A stretch of 43,599 nucleotides of DNA, taken from Octopus sinensis (taxonomy: Eukaryota). The DNA lies in NCBI RefSeq assembly GCF_006345805.1, contig NW_021834977.1, forward strand, positions 1 through 43,599, in the 5' to 3' direction. Within the stretch, counting starts at the first letter, position 1, and every line of letters starts with the position of its first letter. The translations under genes and the position numbers were made by a program. Below are positions 11,935 through 27,654 of the stretch, piece after piece. The notes under the pieces are model-generated. The model did not search any database. It saw only the letters and a list, made by a program, of their open reading frames with translations, and was not told the DNA's origin.

Positions 11935-12756
11935 AGAAGATCTTTTTCTCAGAGTTAAGACTGAGAAAAGAACCTTTTTAGAAAGTCAAAAGACACTAAC
12001 CTTTGGGAAGAGATTTTACAAAATGTGTGCGGGCTTCGTCTGCATGTCTCCTACAAATAATCATGGAAAAGCAAATAATCAACAGCTGAAAGTCACCATC
12101 AAATCGTAAGAAACTTCTAATCAAAGCAATATTTGCATCAGAGGAAGAAATGATATAAGTCACCAAATGCGGAGACCCCCAATGTGGGACATGTAATTTA
12201 ATAAAACAGGGACCAACCAAAAATTTCAAGAATGGAAAAGAATTAAAGGCGAATGCAAATATGAACTGTAAAAGCAAAAACCTGATATATTGTATCACAT
12301 GCCGACGATGCGACAAACATTATATTGGGAAACAGAAACGAAAGTAACCAACCGTGTAAATGTGCAGGCATCAAATAAAAATCCCGCACTTAGATGCATA
12401 CCAAGTAGCGATCATCTGGACACCAGTGCACAAGGAACATTTACAATTTTCCCTCTTCATAAAATAAATGAAGAGAACGACCTTCTCCAGAATGCAAAAG
12501 AAGAATATTTCATTAGATTTCTGAGTCCGAAACTAAACAGGAAATAGTCAACAACAATTTTACAGAAAAACAACTTCCACGTGCTTGAAAACGTTAAGTA
12601 CTGAAAGCGCGTGCACACCTCTAAAATCAAAGCCCACACACAAAGGTTAGTGTCTTTCGACTTTCTAAAAGGTTCTTCTCTCAATCTTAACTCTTTGAAG
12701 AAAAAATTTCTCTCCAAATATTATAACAGAATCAAGCAATTTCCCAAACACTCTAA

Positions 12757-12760
<4 letters not shown>
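11935..12760 (+). mobile_element. Penelope-like element 3' part (GIY-YIG endonuclease), decayed
   Basis: KCGDPQCGTCNLI, NCKSKNLIYCITCRRCDKHYIG(ET) and ending KEEYFIRFLSPKLN are typical of the PLE GIY-YIG domain; frameshifted. Confidence 0.85.
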
Positions 12761-12793
<33 letters not shown>

Positions 12794-13122
12794 CAGAGTT
12801 CATTTAAGCACATTAAGAGGTATCCATCATAGGACTACCTTACGTTACTAGAAGGAACAGCTAAAGTGCAAACTACAAATTAGGGAAAAAAAATTTTGAA
12901 GGGAATGAAAAATAGAAATATTTACCATCTATTTCCTGGACCAGCGGTTTCAGACTTCTTTAATAAAAAATATAATTTGCCAGGCGAAATCTTCGTCAAC
13001 AGGTACGCCAAGATTAAACATACAAATGCGAAGCAAATCTAGCATGTGCCTGTTGCTTATACATTTTAATTTTTCAAATCCAATTAAAATGTATAATCAA
13101 GAGGTGCATATATATATATTGT

Positions 13123-13500
13123 GGATGCACAATGGCCCTGTGGTTAGGGCAGCGGACTCACGGTCGTGGGATCGCGGTTTCGATTCCCAGACCGGGCGCT
13201 GCCAGTGCTTATTGAGCGAAAACACCTAAAGCTCCACGAGGCTCCGGCAGGGTCTGGTGGCGAACCATGCTGTACTCTTTCACCACAACTTTCTCTCACT
13301 CTTTCTTCCTGTTTCTGTTGTACCTGTATTTCAAAGGACCAGCCTTGTCACACACTGTGTCCCGCTGAATCTCTCCGAGAACTACGTTAAGAAGTACACA
13401 TGTCTATGAAGTGCTCAGCCACTTGCACGGTAATTTCAATAGCAGGCTTTGCTGTTGTTCGGATCAACTGGAACCCTAGTCGCGGTAAACGACGGAGTTT
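13123..13500 (+). mobile_element. Second tRNA-derived SINE family (octopus-type)
   Basis: A-box TGGCCCTGTGG and B-box GGTTTCGATTCCC in a tRNA-like head, followed by an unrelated body (GAAAACACCTAAAGCTCCACGAGGCTCCGGC). Confidence 0.75.
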
Positions 13501-13692
13501 CACGATGCATATATTACTATAAGTGATTCATACGACATGCGTTATATGCACTACTAAGTACATAAGTACGTTTATCGGTGCCTGATGAACGTACATGTGT
13601 ACGTGAAACTATTAGTAATATGAAACAGTTATAGCAATATTAGCCTCTCATTAGACGGAGTACTCATTGATTTTTAACACAAATTAATTTCG

Positions 13693-13695
<3 letters not shown>

Positions 13696-13737
<42 letters not shown>

Positions 13738-13768
13738 TATATATATATATATAATATATAATATATAT
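13696..13768. repeat. (TA)n microsatellite at the putative compartment junction
   Basis: Directly visible; last octopus-style feature in the window. Confidence 0.95.
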
Positions 13769-14329
13769 GAGGAAATGAAGAAAATGCTGACAAAATAATT
13801 TAAGTAAGGGAGAGTGTATTTAATTAGGTGAACATTCTTTTTACCGGTTGCGCATTTGTTTAAAAGAGATATTTTCAAGAAAGATTTCGGAATGCAATTT
13901 TTTTTATTATGTAAACAAATATTATGACTACATGTCTTTTAAGAGGAAAATGAGGAAAGTATGGTCAAAGGCTAAAGCAAATCATGGGCTGGGTTACAGT
14001 TTGAAGTTGTACGTATTCACCGGCCAAGTGCCCAGTGTTCTTGCAGTTATGCAAGGGGCGATTTATTACTGCAGGTGGCGATGGTTGATTGCTAATATTT
14101 CGAAATTTACGTCAGAAGTCGATAATCGAGAATCAAATAGAAATAACCCCGCGACAAAAAAATTCTGACACTTAATACATCGTTTATTTTCATTATTAAT
14201 GTTACTAGATAACAACGTTAGAATGCTTATATAATCAATATTTTTAATTATTATAATATTCTAATAATATGTTAATGTTGAGATTAGAGCAGAAAAAACA
14301 AATTTTTTTTATGAAAAAATTCCAGACAA

Positions 14330-15260
14330 AAATGTAAAAAATAACATATTAGTACTGTATATATCTCCTTTTGATTTGAAATAACTTTAAACTCGAGTTT
14401 TTCATCGATTTATCAATTTTTAACATAGTCCATTGAAATTTGATTCCAAATTTGGAGTATTTTCTTTTTGTTGTTCTCTATTTTTTGGTCGAATTTTCTA
14501 TTCCTTTTATTTAGCCCAAATGTGTTAAAAGCATCACACATATCACATTGGATTCATATCCGGAGATTGTGCCGGACAATCAGTAAATTAATTTTATTTG
14601 CAGAAAAATATTTCATTGTTGAAGTATGACAGGGGGCATTGTCTTGCTGAAATATGTAGCTGTTTAGCCCCATTTTTATTGCTAATTTTTTAAGATTGTT
14701 TGCTATAATGTTTATATATTTACCAGAGTTAATTTTTTCTTCAATAAAACATCATGTACCAATGTCAAAATAAGAAAAACATCCCCAGACCATAATTTTG
14801 CCACGTCCACACTTAACTATTGGGACAGAATTTGAATTTTTATAATCATTTGCTATTTTTCTGTATATAATTTTTCTTTTTGGTGCATTATAAACTTCGA
14901 AGGAACACTCATATGAAAAAATGATTGATCTTCATCCTTCATCATTTATACCAACGAATATTTCCGATATTTCATATCTTTTGATTATGTTTTTTTGATT
15001 AAAAATGGTTTTTTCTTTGCTACTCTTCCAAATACACCATTCTTATTGAAATTGCGAGAAATAGTTCGCGGGGAAATTACTTTTTAGTAATTTTTTCATT
15101 TCTACCGCCAGATCTTTAGCGGATTTTGCAAAATTAACTTTAGAAAGTTCGACCAATACTTTAACTTCGTTTGCATCCAGTAATGTCGGTCTTCCAGATC
15201 CACTTAGTCTACAATGGTTTTTCGTTAATGTAGTGTAATATGATAGAGTCTATAATATTT
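14330..15260 (-). mobile_element. Tc1-family transposase remnant
   Basis: Minus-strand motifs RLSGSGRP, IIFSYE, GKIMVWGCF, IFQQDNAP and PAQSPDMNP; many stops; TIRs not identified. Confidence 0.75.
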
Positions 15261-16047
15261 ATTAGACTTGTAAAAAAACTACAATCAATTTATTCAGATA
15301 TTAATTAAACTTCTCCTTCTAGTCGCTACATCCCTCATTCGCAAGGTTATTCAGGTAGGCAAGCCCGCCTCGTTCCCTTCGATGTACTGACAGGCACTGG
15401 GGATGTTGAAGACACTTATTTGGTGATAAATCTGGTTTATTTTTTGTCCAGTTCAAGCGTTCTTTTCCAAGGTTCAACTCTGTTCCTATAAAAAACAATC
15501 ATTGTTTGTAGTAAGTGATTGGTTTGTATAGTGATTGATTGAATGTGTTGTTTTTGGTTTTGTTTATAGAATGAGGCAGTGACTGCGTGAAAATCTGACA
15601 ATTCTGGGAAGAAAAATAAAAAAATGAAATTCCCGAAATTAATGGGAAAAAATTATGTTTTCCTACATCATCTGCGTAGAGAGAGAATTCAGCACTCTTA
15701 ATAGTATGATCGAAAAAAAGAACAAACTAAACATAGAAGAAAGAGGATAAATTAGAATTACAATTACGAAAAAAGTAAATTTGAAGTTTTTGACGTACCC
15801 GGTTTTTGGAATAACGACCCAAAAAATTACATAAGTCATTTTATTTTCTACTGAAAATAGTTATAAAATAAATTATATCATGTTTAAATAATTTCTGAAG
15901 CTATTTCTGATTTTGGTGTATCTCACAAAACCTATTAAGCAATGTAATTTTCTTTTCTTTTGAATCATAAAAAACTTTCCTCCCATTCTTTTTTGAATCC
16001 CCTATTTTCTTGTACTATAATACGATACTGTTTAGGGACAACAGACA

Positions 16048-16565
16048 TTAGACAATTTTCCACGTGAATGAATTGAAATTTAATTTTATAACAATTATTA
16101 AAATTTTTTTAATCCAATCATTTATTTTTGCAGGGCCGCATTTAAGAATTACTGCTTTTGATCTTCTCCAGTGCTAAGTTTTCGATCGTGAGAATATAAC
16201 AGAGGTTAAAGCTGTCAGCCTCAATTACGCGCTGAGCAGGTTTTTGAGGTTCCATAGTATTCGGTTCAGAAACATTCTTGGTTTTAATGGGAGCTCTTTT
16301 TTGTCCTTTTGCGCTAACTTTCGGTACCATATCCACAAAAATAGTCTTTAAAATAAATTGACCTTTTATCCAAAGAGCTAAAATTAATTTGGAATTAAAA
16401 GTGAAAATAGTTCCAACCAGTCTTTACTATAATTTCCTGAATCGGTACCTCAAATAGTAGTTCTTTTTTTTAAATCCACTTCTTTTGACGTCCTGAACTC
16501 AACAGTACAATTGGTACCTCTAATAGACTTCCCTTTGGAATGTTCTCTAGTTTGGAAAAGATCAT
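16048..16565 (-). CDS. Possible small spliced gene with PH-domain-like motifs (model not resolved)
   Basis: ATG at 16565, 130 bp after the POC1 stop. A 25-nt GT-AG intron joins KGSLLE|DVKRSGFKKKNYY; downstream CGYGTES and ILKCGPAKINDWIKKI resemble PLC-type PH features. No single consistent frame could be built. Confidence 0.25.
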
Positions 16566-16695
16566 TATTTTAAAAAAACAAAAATATTGTATTTAAAATA
16601 AAAATATTCCTAACTATAATTGCCAAATTAATCAAAATTGGACAAAGTTTATGAAACATTTTTTATCGCAAAATGAATTTTTACAATCTAAGTAA

Positions 16696-18120
16696 CTATT
16701 TATTTTTCGTATCAACGATGTGTTGATGTAATCTGTCCTCCGTGTTACTAAGACGGTGTTCGAGTACACCCACAGTCTACATAGTTATTTCCATATCCAA
16801 CCTCTGTCAACATGTCCAGTTGTCCTGTTATTCTATCGAGAGCCTGTTTTATATTCAAGACAAAGTCAGAAAAATGTTCGTCTGTTTGTCCACCGTTGAG
16901 CTGTTTAACATGATTCTGAGGATCTTCATTTCTCGGAAGACTTTGATCCTCCGCAGCTGAACAATAGTCGGTCTCGTATTTTTTCATATTAGTCTCATTT
17001 TCTTTTTCCTGCACTTTTTTAACCGCCAAATCAAAATTGGTTTTCCACAAAAAAAGTTGTTCGTCTGCCCCGCCTGTTGCAAAGTTTTGGCCGTCACATG
17101 AAAACTTGATTGCTGTGACCGAGTCCTTAAAGGTCACGTGTCTCAACAAACTTTGTGACCGTGGATTGTGTAGAAGAGTCTCCCTTCGATCAAATCTAAA
17201 ACTTTGGCTGTTCCATCAGAGGAGGCAGTGATTAAATAGTTCCCGGAAGGGTGGAAGGAGATGTCGTTTACTGAGGCATTGTGCACTAAAAATAATTTTT
17301 AAATAAAAAACCAGCATAGTTTTGAATTAGTTTATAACTACGAATGTCCCAGATCTTGACTGAACCATCGTCAATTCCTCCTCCAATAAAATACCCCCCA
17401 GGATGGAATCTGATTGATGTCCCTCGAGAGTTATCAAGACGGAAAGTCTGGACGGGGTCTTTGATAGCTCGATCCCACAGACGGACAGTCTTGTCGTCAC
17501 TTACAGAAGCAAAACTACGGCTGTCTGGCGAAAAACTTAAATTTGTCAAAACTCATTACCTCGCTGACCTAACCCAATTCGAATGATGAATGTACGAGGA
17601 TTGGAATCTCTGTCTGTGAGTTGTCCATATCTGTAAGAAGAACTCCTAGCTTATATACCTTGACTGACTTGTCGTCAGAACATGTGATAAAGCATTGCCC
17701 GTCGTGACTAAATTCGACATGTCGGACAGCAGCAGTGTGCCCGACAAAGCTTGTACTTTCACCTTTCCTACTAATGATATGATCGAGGTATACGCTGAAG
17801 GAATCCACAGTCTTACGGTCTTGTCCTTCGAAGAAGAGGCCAACAATGCTCCTGACGGAGAGAAGGAGACGCAAGTCGTGGAATCCTTAATAATCAGTCA
17901 ATTTTAATACTTTGTGCCCAGCAAGTCTTATCACGTGTAGACGAGGATAGATTTTCCATAAAATTACTGCGGAGTCCAACGATGAGGAGGCAAGTTGTTT
18001 TCCATTTACATTAAAGTCAATTCCAGTTATTGTATCTCGATGTCCTGACAAACTTTGTTGTAAAAAGGGCGAGGACTCATCCTTCCAAATAATCTAATTA
18101 ATTACTTGCACTGTCTTCAT
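16696..18120 (-). CDS. POC1: POC1 centriolar protein (7 WD40 repeats + C-terminal Poc1 coiled coil), 9 exons, 406 aa
   Basis: Introns 18105-18082, 17910-17886, 17793-17768, 17658-17631, 17559-17536, 17311-17286, 17151-17126, 16801-16777 (24,25,26,28,24,26,26,25 nt; all GT-AG). Spliced CDS of 1221 nt is open: [62 protein letters not shown]. Confidence 0.95.
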
Positions 18121-18289
18121 TTTCGCTATTTCCTAGCAACAATTTATAATTATTCTTTAAAATTAGTAATATTAAAAATATTATTTGTCTTTATAGATGA
18201 GAGTCATTAAACTAAAACTCGCAGAGTACTTTGAAAGAATACAGTTGAAGACAAATTCCATGTTTTAACAAATATTTGACTTTATTCAT

Positions 18290-18510
18290 TTTCAGATTAT
18301 TAGTATTAAATATATCTGGGGTTTTTACATATGGCTACGAAGGCTGGTTTGGTACGGAGAAAGACTACTTTATCAAACAGTTAAAAAAGACAAGATGTAT
18401 CGCATTGAAACTGCCTTACAGAGTACAACTTGACGGAAGGCTTGAAGACTTGCAAGAGTCCTTTGTGCCCACTATCCGGATGGTCCTGGAGAAAGGTTGT
18501 GTTGAGTAAT
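18290..18510 (+). mobile_element. LINE (jockey/I-like) post-RT fragment
   Basis: FTYGYEGW...RCIALKLPYR...VPTIRMVLE resembles the LxYGxExW and later segments of APE-type LINE ORF2. Confidence 0.35.
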
Positions 18511-19199
18511 TATAATTGGGTTGGCATGGAAGGAGACACTTCGTTGCTTTTTAAATCTTCCCGTTAATGATTTTTCCATGTTATTTGGGTTTTCAGTTTT
18601 TTGTGAACAATAAAAACAATTCAATCCAATAAATATATCTGGTTTCTAATAAAAAACGAGTTTCCTTTAACTAATCTACCTCAGTTGTAATATGATTCGA
18701 TCAGTTATACCAAACTACTCATTTCAAAAAAGAACAATATAAACAGAACCATAAATTATAAACAGGGAAAACATGTTGGCATATAAATTGCCTCCCATGT
18801 CCAATATTGACAAATGTGATTCCTGATTTCACATCCTCGGTGCATTCCGACTTTTGTCATTACAAATAGTATTGCTACGGCAACCGAAAGTGACATTTAT
18901 TTTTCATAAAAATAACATTACTACAATAGAATTTTTTATAAAAACTTATAAAGTAATTTTCTACATTGCCAAATTTAAAGTTCCTACAAGATTCAGTGGG
19001 CCATAGAAGTGGTTCATTCTGCCAGACAAAGATTTGGAAGGATTCCTCGCGATGAATGGCCTCATATAACAAGGGCGTTCAATGAAAGTTTCAGACCACT
19101 AAGGGGAATTTATGAAAGCAAATCAACCGGCTAATCTCAATGACATTGCCGACATCCTCTATGCTGGCCAACGAGCATATGATGCATTGACCCAGTAAA

Positions 19200-20746
19200 A
19201 AAAGTGAATGGATTGGAATTATGAACGCGAAGCTTGACAAACTTAGGAAGGAACTCGAGTTGGTAGCACCACTAACTAATAATGACAAAACGAGAAAATC
19301 ATTCAGTGACGAATTGAGAGACAAGACATTTTGAGCAAATATGGATACCGGAAGGCCAAAAAAAGAGATTTATTTAGAATTGTCACCTGCATCCAGGATG
19401 AGGTAAGAATTGTTGCAAAAAAATTGGCAACCCATGAAACAAGGGAAAAATTCCGGAGGGACAATATGTGTTTTGAACTTAACGGAAGGCAGTTTTACAG
19501 AAACCTGACTGAGAAAAAGAATACACAGTTTATATTTGACCAGAGTCAGTGTCTCTCATTCTGGGAGAGTATTTGGGTAAAACATGAGCCCGTAGGGGAC
19601 TCGATTTTATTGGATAACCGGGTGACTGGTGCCGAGGACACAATTGCTGATTTTTGAAAAGACACCATTATTGAGATCATTAATCAGCTGCCAAATTGAA
19701 GAGCCTGTGGATGCGATGACGTATACGATTTTTTCTTAAAAAAGTTTACTACGGTCCACGATGACCTCTGTAAGAAAGTCGCGGATATCATATATGGAAA
19801 ATACACACCTGGTGAGTGGTTCTACACAGGGATTACCCATCTTATTCCCAAAAAAGAAATTTGTGACTCACCCAAGAACCTGAGGCCGATTACTTGCATG
19901 TCAAATCTATATAAACTTGTAAAAAAATGTGTGAACAGAAAATTGACGAACTACATTGAAGCATACAATTTAATCAGCGACAAGAAGAATGTGCCAAAAA
20001 GCCAAAGAGCAGGCATTGCTCAACCAATGTATCCATCAACAAAATGGGAATAATTTGCCTTCTGTCTGGATTGATGTAAAGAAGGCTTTTGACTGTCGAT
20101 CACGAGTTTCTGTATCAAGTCCTAGATAACTCCGGCCCCCCCCCATTGGATTGTGGATTTTATCAAGGAAATTGTCACGAAATGGAAGATCAAGCTGAGA
20201 TTTAATCAAAAAGAGATTGGTGAAGTGAGGATGGAGAGAGGGACCTTGCAGGGTGATTTTTTATCGCCGCAAATCTTTGTTCTTGTCCTGGACCCCCTGA
20301 ATAGAATATTGAATGCGAAATTCCCAAATGTGCTAGTGGACAAATCTGGCAATAGTCCTCGCGTATACTCAACGAACCACTTGTTGGTCATGGACGACCT
20401 AAAATTGTTTGCTCGGAAGGAAGACACTGTAATGAGAATGATGGCCGAGGTTGATCAATTCTTTCGAACTGCCGGATTGGAGCAAAACGCTGAAAAGTCT
20501 GCAACTAATCTTGAAGGGTTGAGTAGCAAAACTAAGCTGCTTGACGAGATTGATGGCTATCGTTACCTTGAAGTATTGGAAAACAAAGATAGCAAAGTTC
20601 TGAAGAATGACACGATGAACTCAATATCGGATGCAATCGAGGGAAGAATTAATAGCCTGGCAGACACAAAACTAAATTCTGAAAATTTTTCAAGGCTGTC
20701 AATGAGCATGCATTATCGTTGTATAATTACTGCATCGGGCTCATGA
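19200..20746 (+). mobile_element. R4/Dong-like (RLE-type) non-LTR retrotransposon, decayed
   Basis: RRDNMCFELNGRQFYRNL; WFYTGITHLIPK...LRPITCMSNLYKL; WIDVKKAFD; RGTLQGDFLSPQIFVL; NHLLVMDDLKLF; YRYLEVLE. Frameshifted. Confidence 0.88.
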
Positions 20747-20749
20747 ATG

Positions 20750-21400
20750 AGCTCCGGCAGCCAATTTCCTCGGCACACTGAAATTAACAATCTAATTTAC
20801 AAAGCTCTGGAAAGAACTGGTTTCCCTTCAATTCTGGAACCGACGGGCCATGTCCTCAAGAAGTCAAACCGAATGTCTTTGGACATAATTACCAGCATCA
20901 GATATTTGAACAAGGAATTGAAAACCAGTGAACACAAGCACAACTATCTGAAATGGAATTGCATTCTTACTACCGTGAACCGTAATCGTTCAACGGGAAA
21001 AGTGTGGAAAGCCATTCGGCACGTGGCCAGGGAGGACGCTGCCGAATCTTCCGAAGATTACGACCAAAAGACGTGAACAACCTCATCAAATTATATGCGA
21101 AAAATGCACACAAGGAGCACAGTAAATCCGATTCACTCCCCTCTAACAGAAGCCTGAAAAAACGGGCGGAACCTCTCTTCCTCTCGGTAAAGGAGACGGA
21201 AGATACGTTGCACTTCACAAAATCATCGTATTCTCACGACCCTGATAAAATCTCGGTCATTCTATTAGAAAACTTTGGTGTCGAAAAAGTCAGGTTCCTA
21301 ACATCTATCTTCAACTATTCAATCAACAACAATGTGATTCCGTCAATATGAAAACAGGCCCTAATAAGACCGATACTGAAGCATGGATACCAAGAGAAGA
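20750..21400 (+). mobile_element. Patchwork of retroelement fragments (RLE C-terminus plus jockey/I-like RT N-terminus)
   Basis: RHTEINNLIYKALERTGFPSILEP (RLE type); GKVWKAIR and PDKISVILLENFG...FLTSIFNYSINNNVIPSI*KQALIRPILK (APE-LINE RT region 0/1). Confidence 0.6.
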
Positions 21401-21425
21401 CCCGACATCTTTCAGCAAACCAGAG

Positions 21426-22200
21426 ATCAAACCCATCATTGCGAGCAGATCACGTGACCGATATATTGCAGACTTAGTCGATTTACGACGTTATTCATCG
21501 TTGAACGACTCATATAAATAGGTATTTATAATATTAATAAGTAGATAGGTATTACACGTGATAGATTCTTTTTCAAAATATGCCATGGTTGAGGTTATAA
21601 AAACGAAATCTGCCAATGAGGTTGCTTCTAGCTTACAACGGATTATTTATTTTGTTGGACCACCTATCATCCTGCATACTGATAACGGAAAAGAATTTAA
21701 GAATTCCAAGATGGAAGAACTATGCGAGAAGTATAAAATTTCGCACGTATTTGGAAGACCACGGTCCCCTTGGGTACAGGGAAGAATAAAAAGGTGTTTT
21801 CTGCATTAATTAGTTTTAGATTTAATAAGAGTGTAAAAGGTCGGATTTCCTCCACCAGTGAATCAAAAAATTGTTTTGGACGTTATGTCAATATTATCAA
21901 AGATATTGTCGAGGATTATAATTACACTATTCACTCGACGACAAGGCAGATACCTTTCTTTCTGTTTATGGGAATCAAGAATTGCAATTCAGTTAGTGGT
22001 TAGTGAAACACATCGAAAAGAGCTTATGGGGAATACAGAAAAAAAGGATTTGGAAAATGACAGTGATGACGAACTTGAGAAAAAGAGAAAGAAAGCTTTC
22101 AAAAACATTGTCTCTTGCGGTATAAAAATGAACAAAAAAAGAAAATGGAAAAACGGTGAGGATGTCAAAAATCTTAAATAAATCGGAAAAGTCTATAGTC
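21426..22200 (+). mobile_element. Intron-containing rve/DDE integrase gene (Ginger/KRBA2-like), defective
   Basis: PIIASRSRDRYIADLVDL...YK*|27-nt intron 21522-21548|VLHVIDSFSK...ILHTDNGKEF...GRPRSPWVQGRIK|26-nt intron 21794-21819|RFNKSVK...YNYTIHSTT. TAG at a usual Trp position. Confidence 0.75.
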
Positions 22201-22430
22201 GGGATGGACAGGATTAAAAAATTAATCCGAGGGAACGTCTTCGCCATTCGCGCGGCTGGTCGGGTGTCTCGTGAGGCCTTTAACTAACTTAGCTATCTGT
22301 AATTTTTGTCTTGTTTGTATAGATATTTAATTGTTAAAAAAATTAATTATTTTTGTAGTTGGTAAATCAATAATAAGATTTTTTTTAAGATTGTTTGAAG
22401 ATTATCGATAAATTGATAGATTAACATTAA

Positions 22431-22733
22431 TTGAAGGTCAGTGTGAGGCGCATCTCATACGAATCATTTGGCCCATGTCACATAATACACCATTTTATTC
22501 AGGAAATCAATAAATTAATTTATGACGGCCAAGAAATTGATTTTCAAGAACAGTTGATCGAATTACGAAATTCGAAGTTTCGCAAATTGACATTTAATTT
22601 GCATTCGATTATGAAATTCTGTATTTCTGTTATTAATGAATATCCAATCTTAAGTAAAAATGCACTGGAAGTGATAGTTCACTTTCCAACCACTTATTTA
22701 TGTGAAATGGAAAAGTCTTGTTATTCTGACTAA
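22431..22733 (+). mobile_element. hAT (Buster/Charlie) transposase C-terminal fragment
   Basis: QEQLIELR...FCISVINEYPILSKNALEVIVHFPTTYLCE is the hAT dimerisation domain. Confidence 0.75.
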
Positions 22734-23189
22734 ACTGTTTGGATTAAAATGATCCCGATTCAAAGTGATTTTTTTATGTTTGAACAGCCTCTGCTTTTAA
22801 AACAGTGGATGTTTAAATAAATCTAGATTATTGAATTTTCATACAGTAAAATTTAAATAGATATAGAAATCGTCAAGAAATAGGGTTTTGTAAAAAAGTC
22901 AAAAAATGTATTGAATAGTTAAAATGTAAAAAAGATTAAATTATTGCAAAAATAAGACCAATACAATTACAAAATATCAAATATTATAAGAAATTCTGTA
23001 AGTCAACAATATATTTAATCAATTTTAATACAAAATTAACCATTAATACAAGAAATAAATTAAACAAAAAAAAATAGGCAACAACAAAACAAAATATAAA
23101 TAATAATGTGCGAATATTTTATTTTTTATTTTTTTAGAACATTTAAATTTTAGAAAAAGTGTTATTTAAGTTACTGTAATTTACTAGAA

Positions 23190-23680
23190 GTTAACAAACC
23201 CATCCATCCGAAGTGGACTCCGTCAACATTATTGACGTTGCGTTGCCTCTCACGATAGCAACGGAGATCAACTGGAGAAGCCACCGGGTCTCACGTGTGT
23301 GGTGGCTTTTTAATGTGGCTAAGCGTCCAAGCTTCTTTAGGAAGCAAAGCGATTTCCTACTTATTCCTCCAGTTGTCTCCACCATAATCGAACAGAACAC
23401 AAATCGGTCTCGTAGCGCTTCATATTTTCTCTCCTTTGCCCTCGTCGTTTTTTCCGCGGCATACAGTCTATCCACTGCGCTCCCGACAATGTTGGACGGG
23501 CAGAGAGTTGTTGTCGACACATGTTGCGTCCCAGACTAGGGGTTTCCCCTCTTTAAATGGGAAAATTGTGATCCCATCAGGACGTTTTCCATCTCCTGGG
23601 TCAAACCAGACCGGTTCAAGTACAGCTGGGTATCCTGCGTACTCCAGGGCTCGCTTGACAATTTGTTTTTGAACCGGAAA
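23190..23680 (-). mobile_element. CRE-like RLE non-LTR retrotransposon 3' end
   Basis: [18 protein letters not shown]; [25 protein letters not shown]; KERKYEAL...VETTGG; LQLISVAIVRGNATSIM. Confidence 0.8.
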
Positions 23681-24014
23681 GATGTAACTTTATTAACCTA
23701 AAAACTAATAAAAATTAAATAAATAAACAATAAAAACACTAAAACTGTTTTTATACGTACAAATTACACAATTTTCTAAATCTTTATTTGAGAAAAAGAT
23801 ATTTTTTTAAAGATTTATTAATATTCAAAAAATGAAAAAAAAAGAATCACACAGCTCCAAGGAATAGAATCGCATGGCCTTTCCTCCATCTTCACTTAGT
23901 AAACCCAATGCTAAGAAAGCGAGAATAAAGACAATATAACCCACGTGATCTGTCTAGAATAACTAGATTTCTCTAATTCAAAAAACCACACAAAAGTGTT
24001 AAAATAATTTAAAA

Positions 24015-24629
24015 TTAAAAAAAATTAGGCGGGTTAAAAATAGAGCTAATTGGCTGGAAATCCGCAGGCGGCCCATCTCGCACGATCAGTCGCTGCAGAC
24101 CAGTGCCATGTTGACCCACACACTCATAGTACTTACAGTCACTCTCGTATGGCGGGAAAAGTATGTCAAAAAACGCACAAGGACCATTAATGGCCGACAA
24201 TTGATGAATGTTCCCAAAATTTGGAGACAAAGTGAGACAACTTTTGGTCTCAGATGTGATCTCTCCCTCCAATTCCCGCCTGCAGATGATCTCAGAGGGT
24301 GACCTTCCCTCCTTGACGGGGGTGAAGGTCTCGACCTTGGCACATCCTTCAATGATCTTGACAAATCCGTTCATTTGGTGGTGGTCGTGGAGTGGGATTC
24401 GGGCATTTTCTGCCAGGATGACTATGAAGGCCATTATTTTAGTATCCTCGAATATTTGGAGGAAGATTTGTCGATATTTGTCCAGGTCGTAATCACTGCA
24501 GGCCGTGAAATTCAGATCGGACTTTTGAACACGGGAAAATAGGTTTTTTAGTTCTTGAAAATCTGATTTTTTGTTTGATGATAAAATGCATTTATAAGCT
24601 GCTTTTCCAATCAGCTGTAAAAGACTCAT
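24015..24629 (-). CDS. ADO: 2-aminoethanethiol (cysteamine) dioxygenase / N-terminal cysteine oxidase (PCO_ADO cupin), intronless, 204 aa
   Basis: IPLHDH, GNIHQ (three-His metal site), AFFDILFPPY and DCKYY motifs; ATG to TAA open. Confidence 0.93.
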   Translation of the reverse strand: MSLLQLIGKAAYKCILSSNKKSDFQELKNLFSRVQKSDLNFTACSDYDLDKYRQIFLQIFEDTKIMAFIVILAENARIPLHDHHQMNGFVKIIEGCAKVETFTPVKEGRSPSEIICRRELEGEITSETKSCLTLSPNFGNIHQLSAINGPCAFFDILFPPYESDCKYYECVGQHGTGLQRLIVRDGPPADFQPISSIFNPPNFF

Positions 24630-24927
24630 ATCAACAAGAATTTACAACCAAATTCAAATCAGTTTATTATTTTATTTAAATAAATATTTGTTTAATTTAA
24701 TTAATAAAAAAACTGCATTTTATCAAATAATAAAAATTTTCTTTAAAAAAAAAATTTATAAACCAAGATCGTGCTAAATCTAATCATTGAAAATGTCTTT
24801 TTCGGTGGCAGTTTTGATAAGACAGTTTTTAGCTTAAATTGATTTTAGATAAAATATTTATTTAAAATTCAAATAAAATTAATAATTATTATTTTAATCA
24901 TAATATATTAACAAGTTCCTGGTGGTG

Positions 24928-27654
<2,727 letters not shown>

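Noticed and set aside
13960-14160. Minus-strand zinc-knuckle-like HNCKNTGHLAGE
   Set aside because: Lacks two of the four CCHC ligands in frame; at most a gag remnant.
18196-18509. Small host gene head-to-head with POC1 (a 34-nt intron gives an open frame)
   Set aside because: The peptide resembles LINE ORF2 sequence more than any host protein; kept only as a low-confidence TE fragment.
23840-23940. Short ORF ending PNAKKARIKTI
   Set aside because: Only about 21 codons, with no upstream exons identifiable.
24086-24492. Overlapping ORFs in other frames or the opposite strand of ADO (similar shadows over POC1, MAP4K and the RTs)
   Set aside because: Shadow ORFs of real coding sequence.
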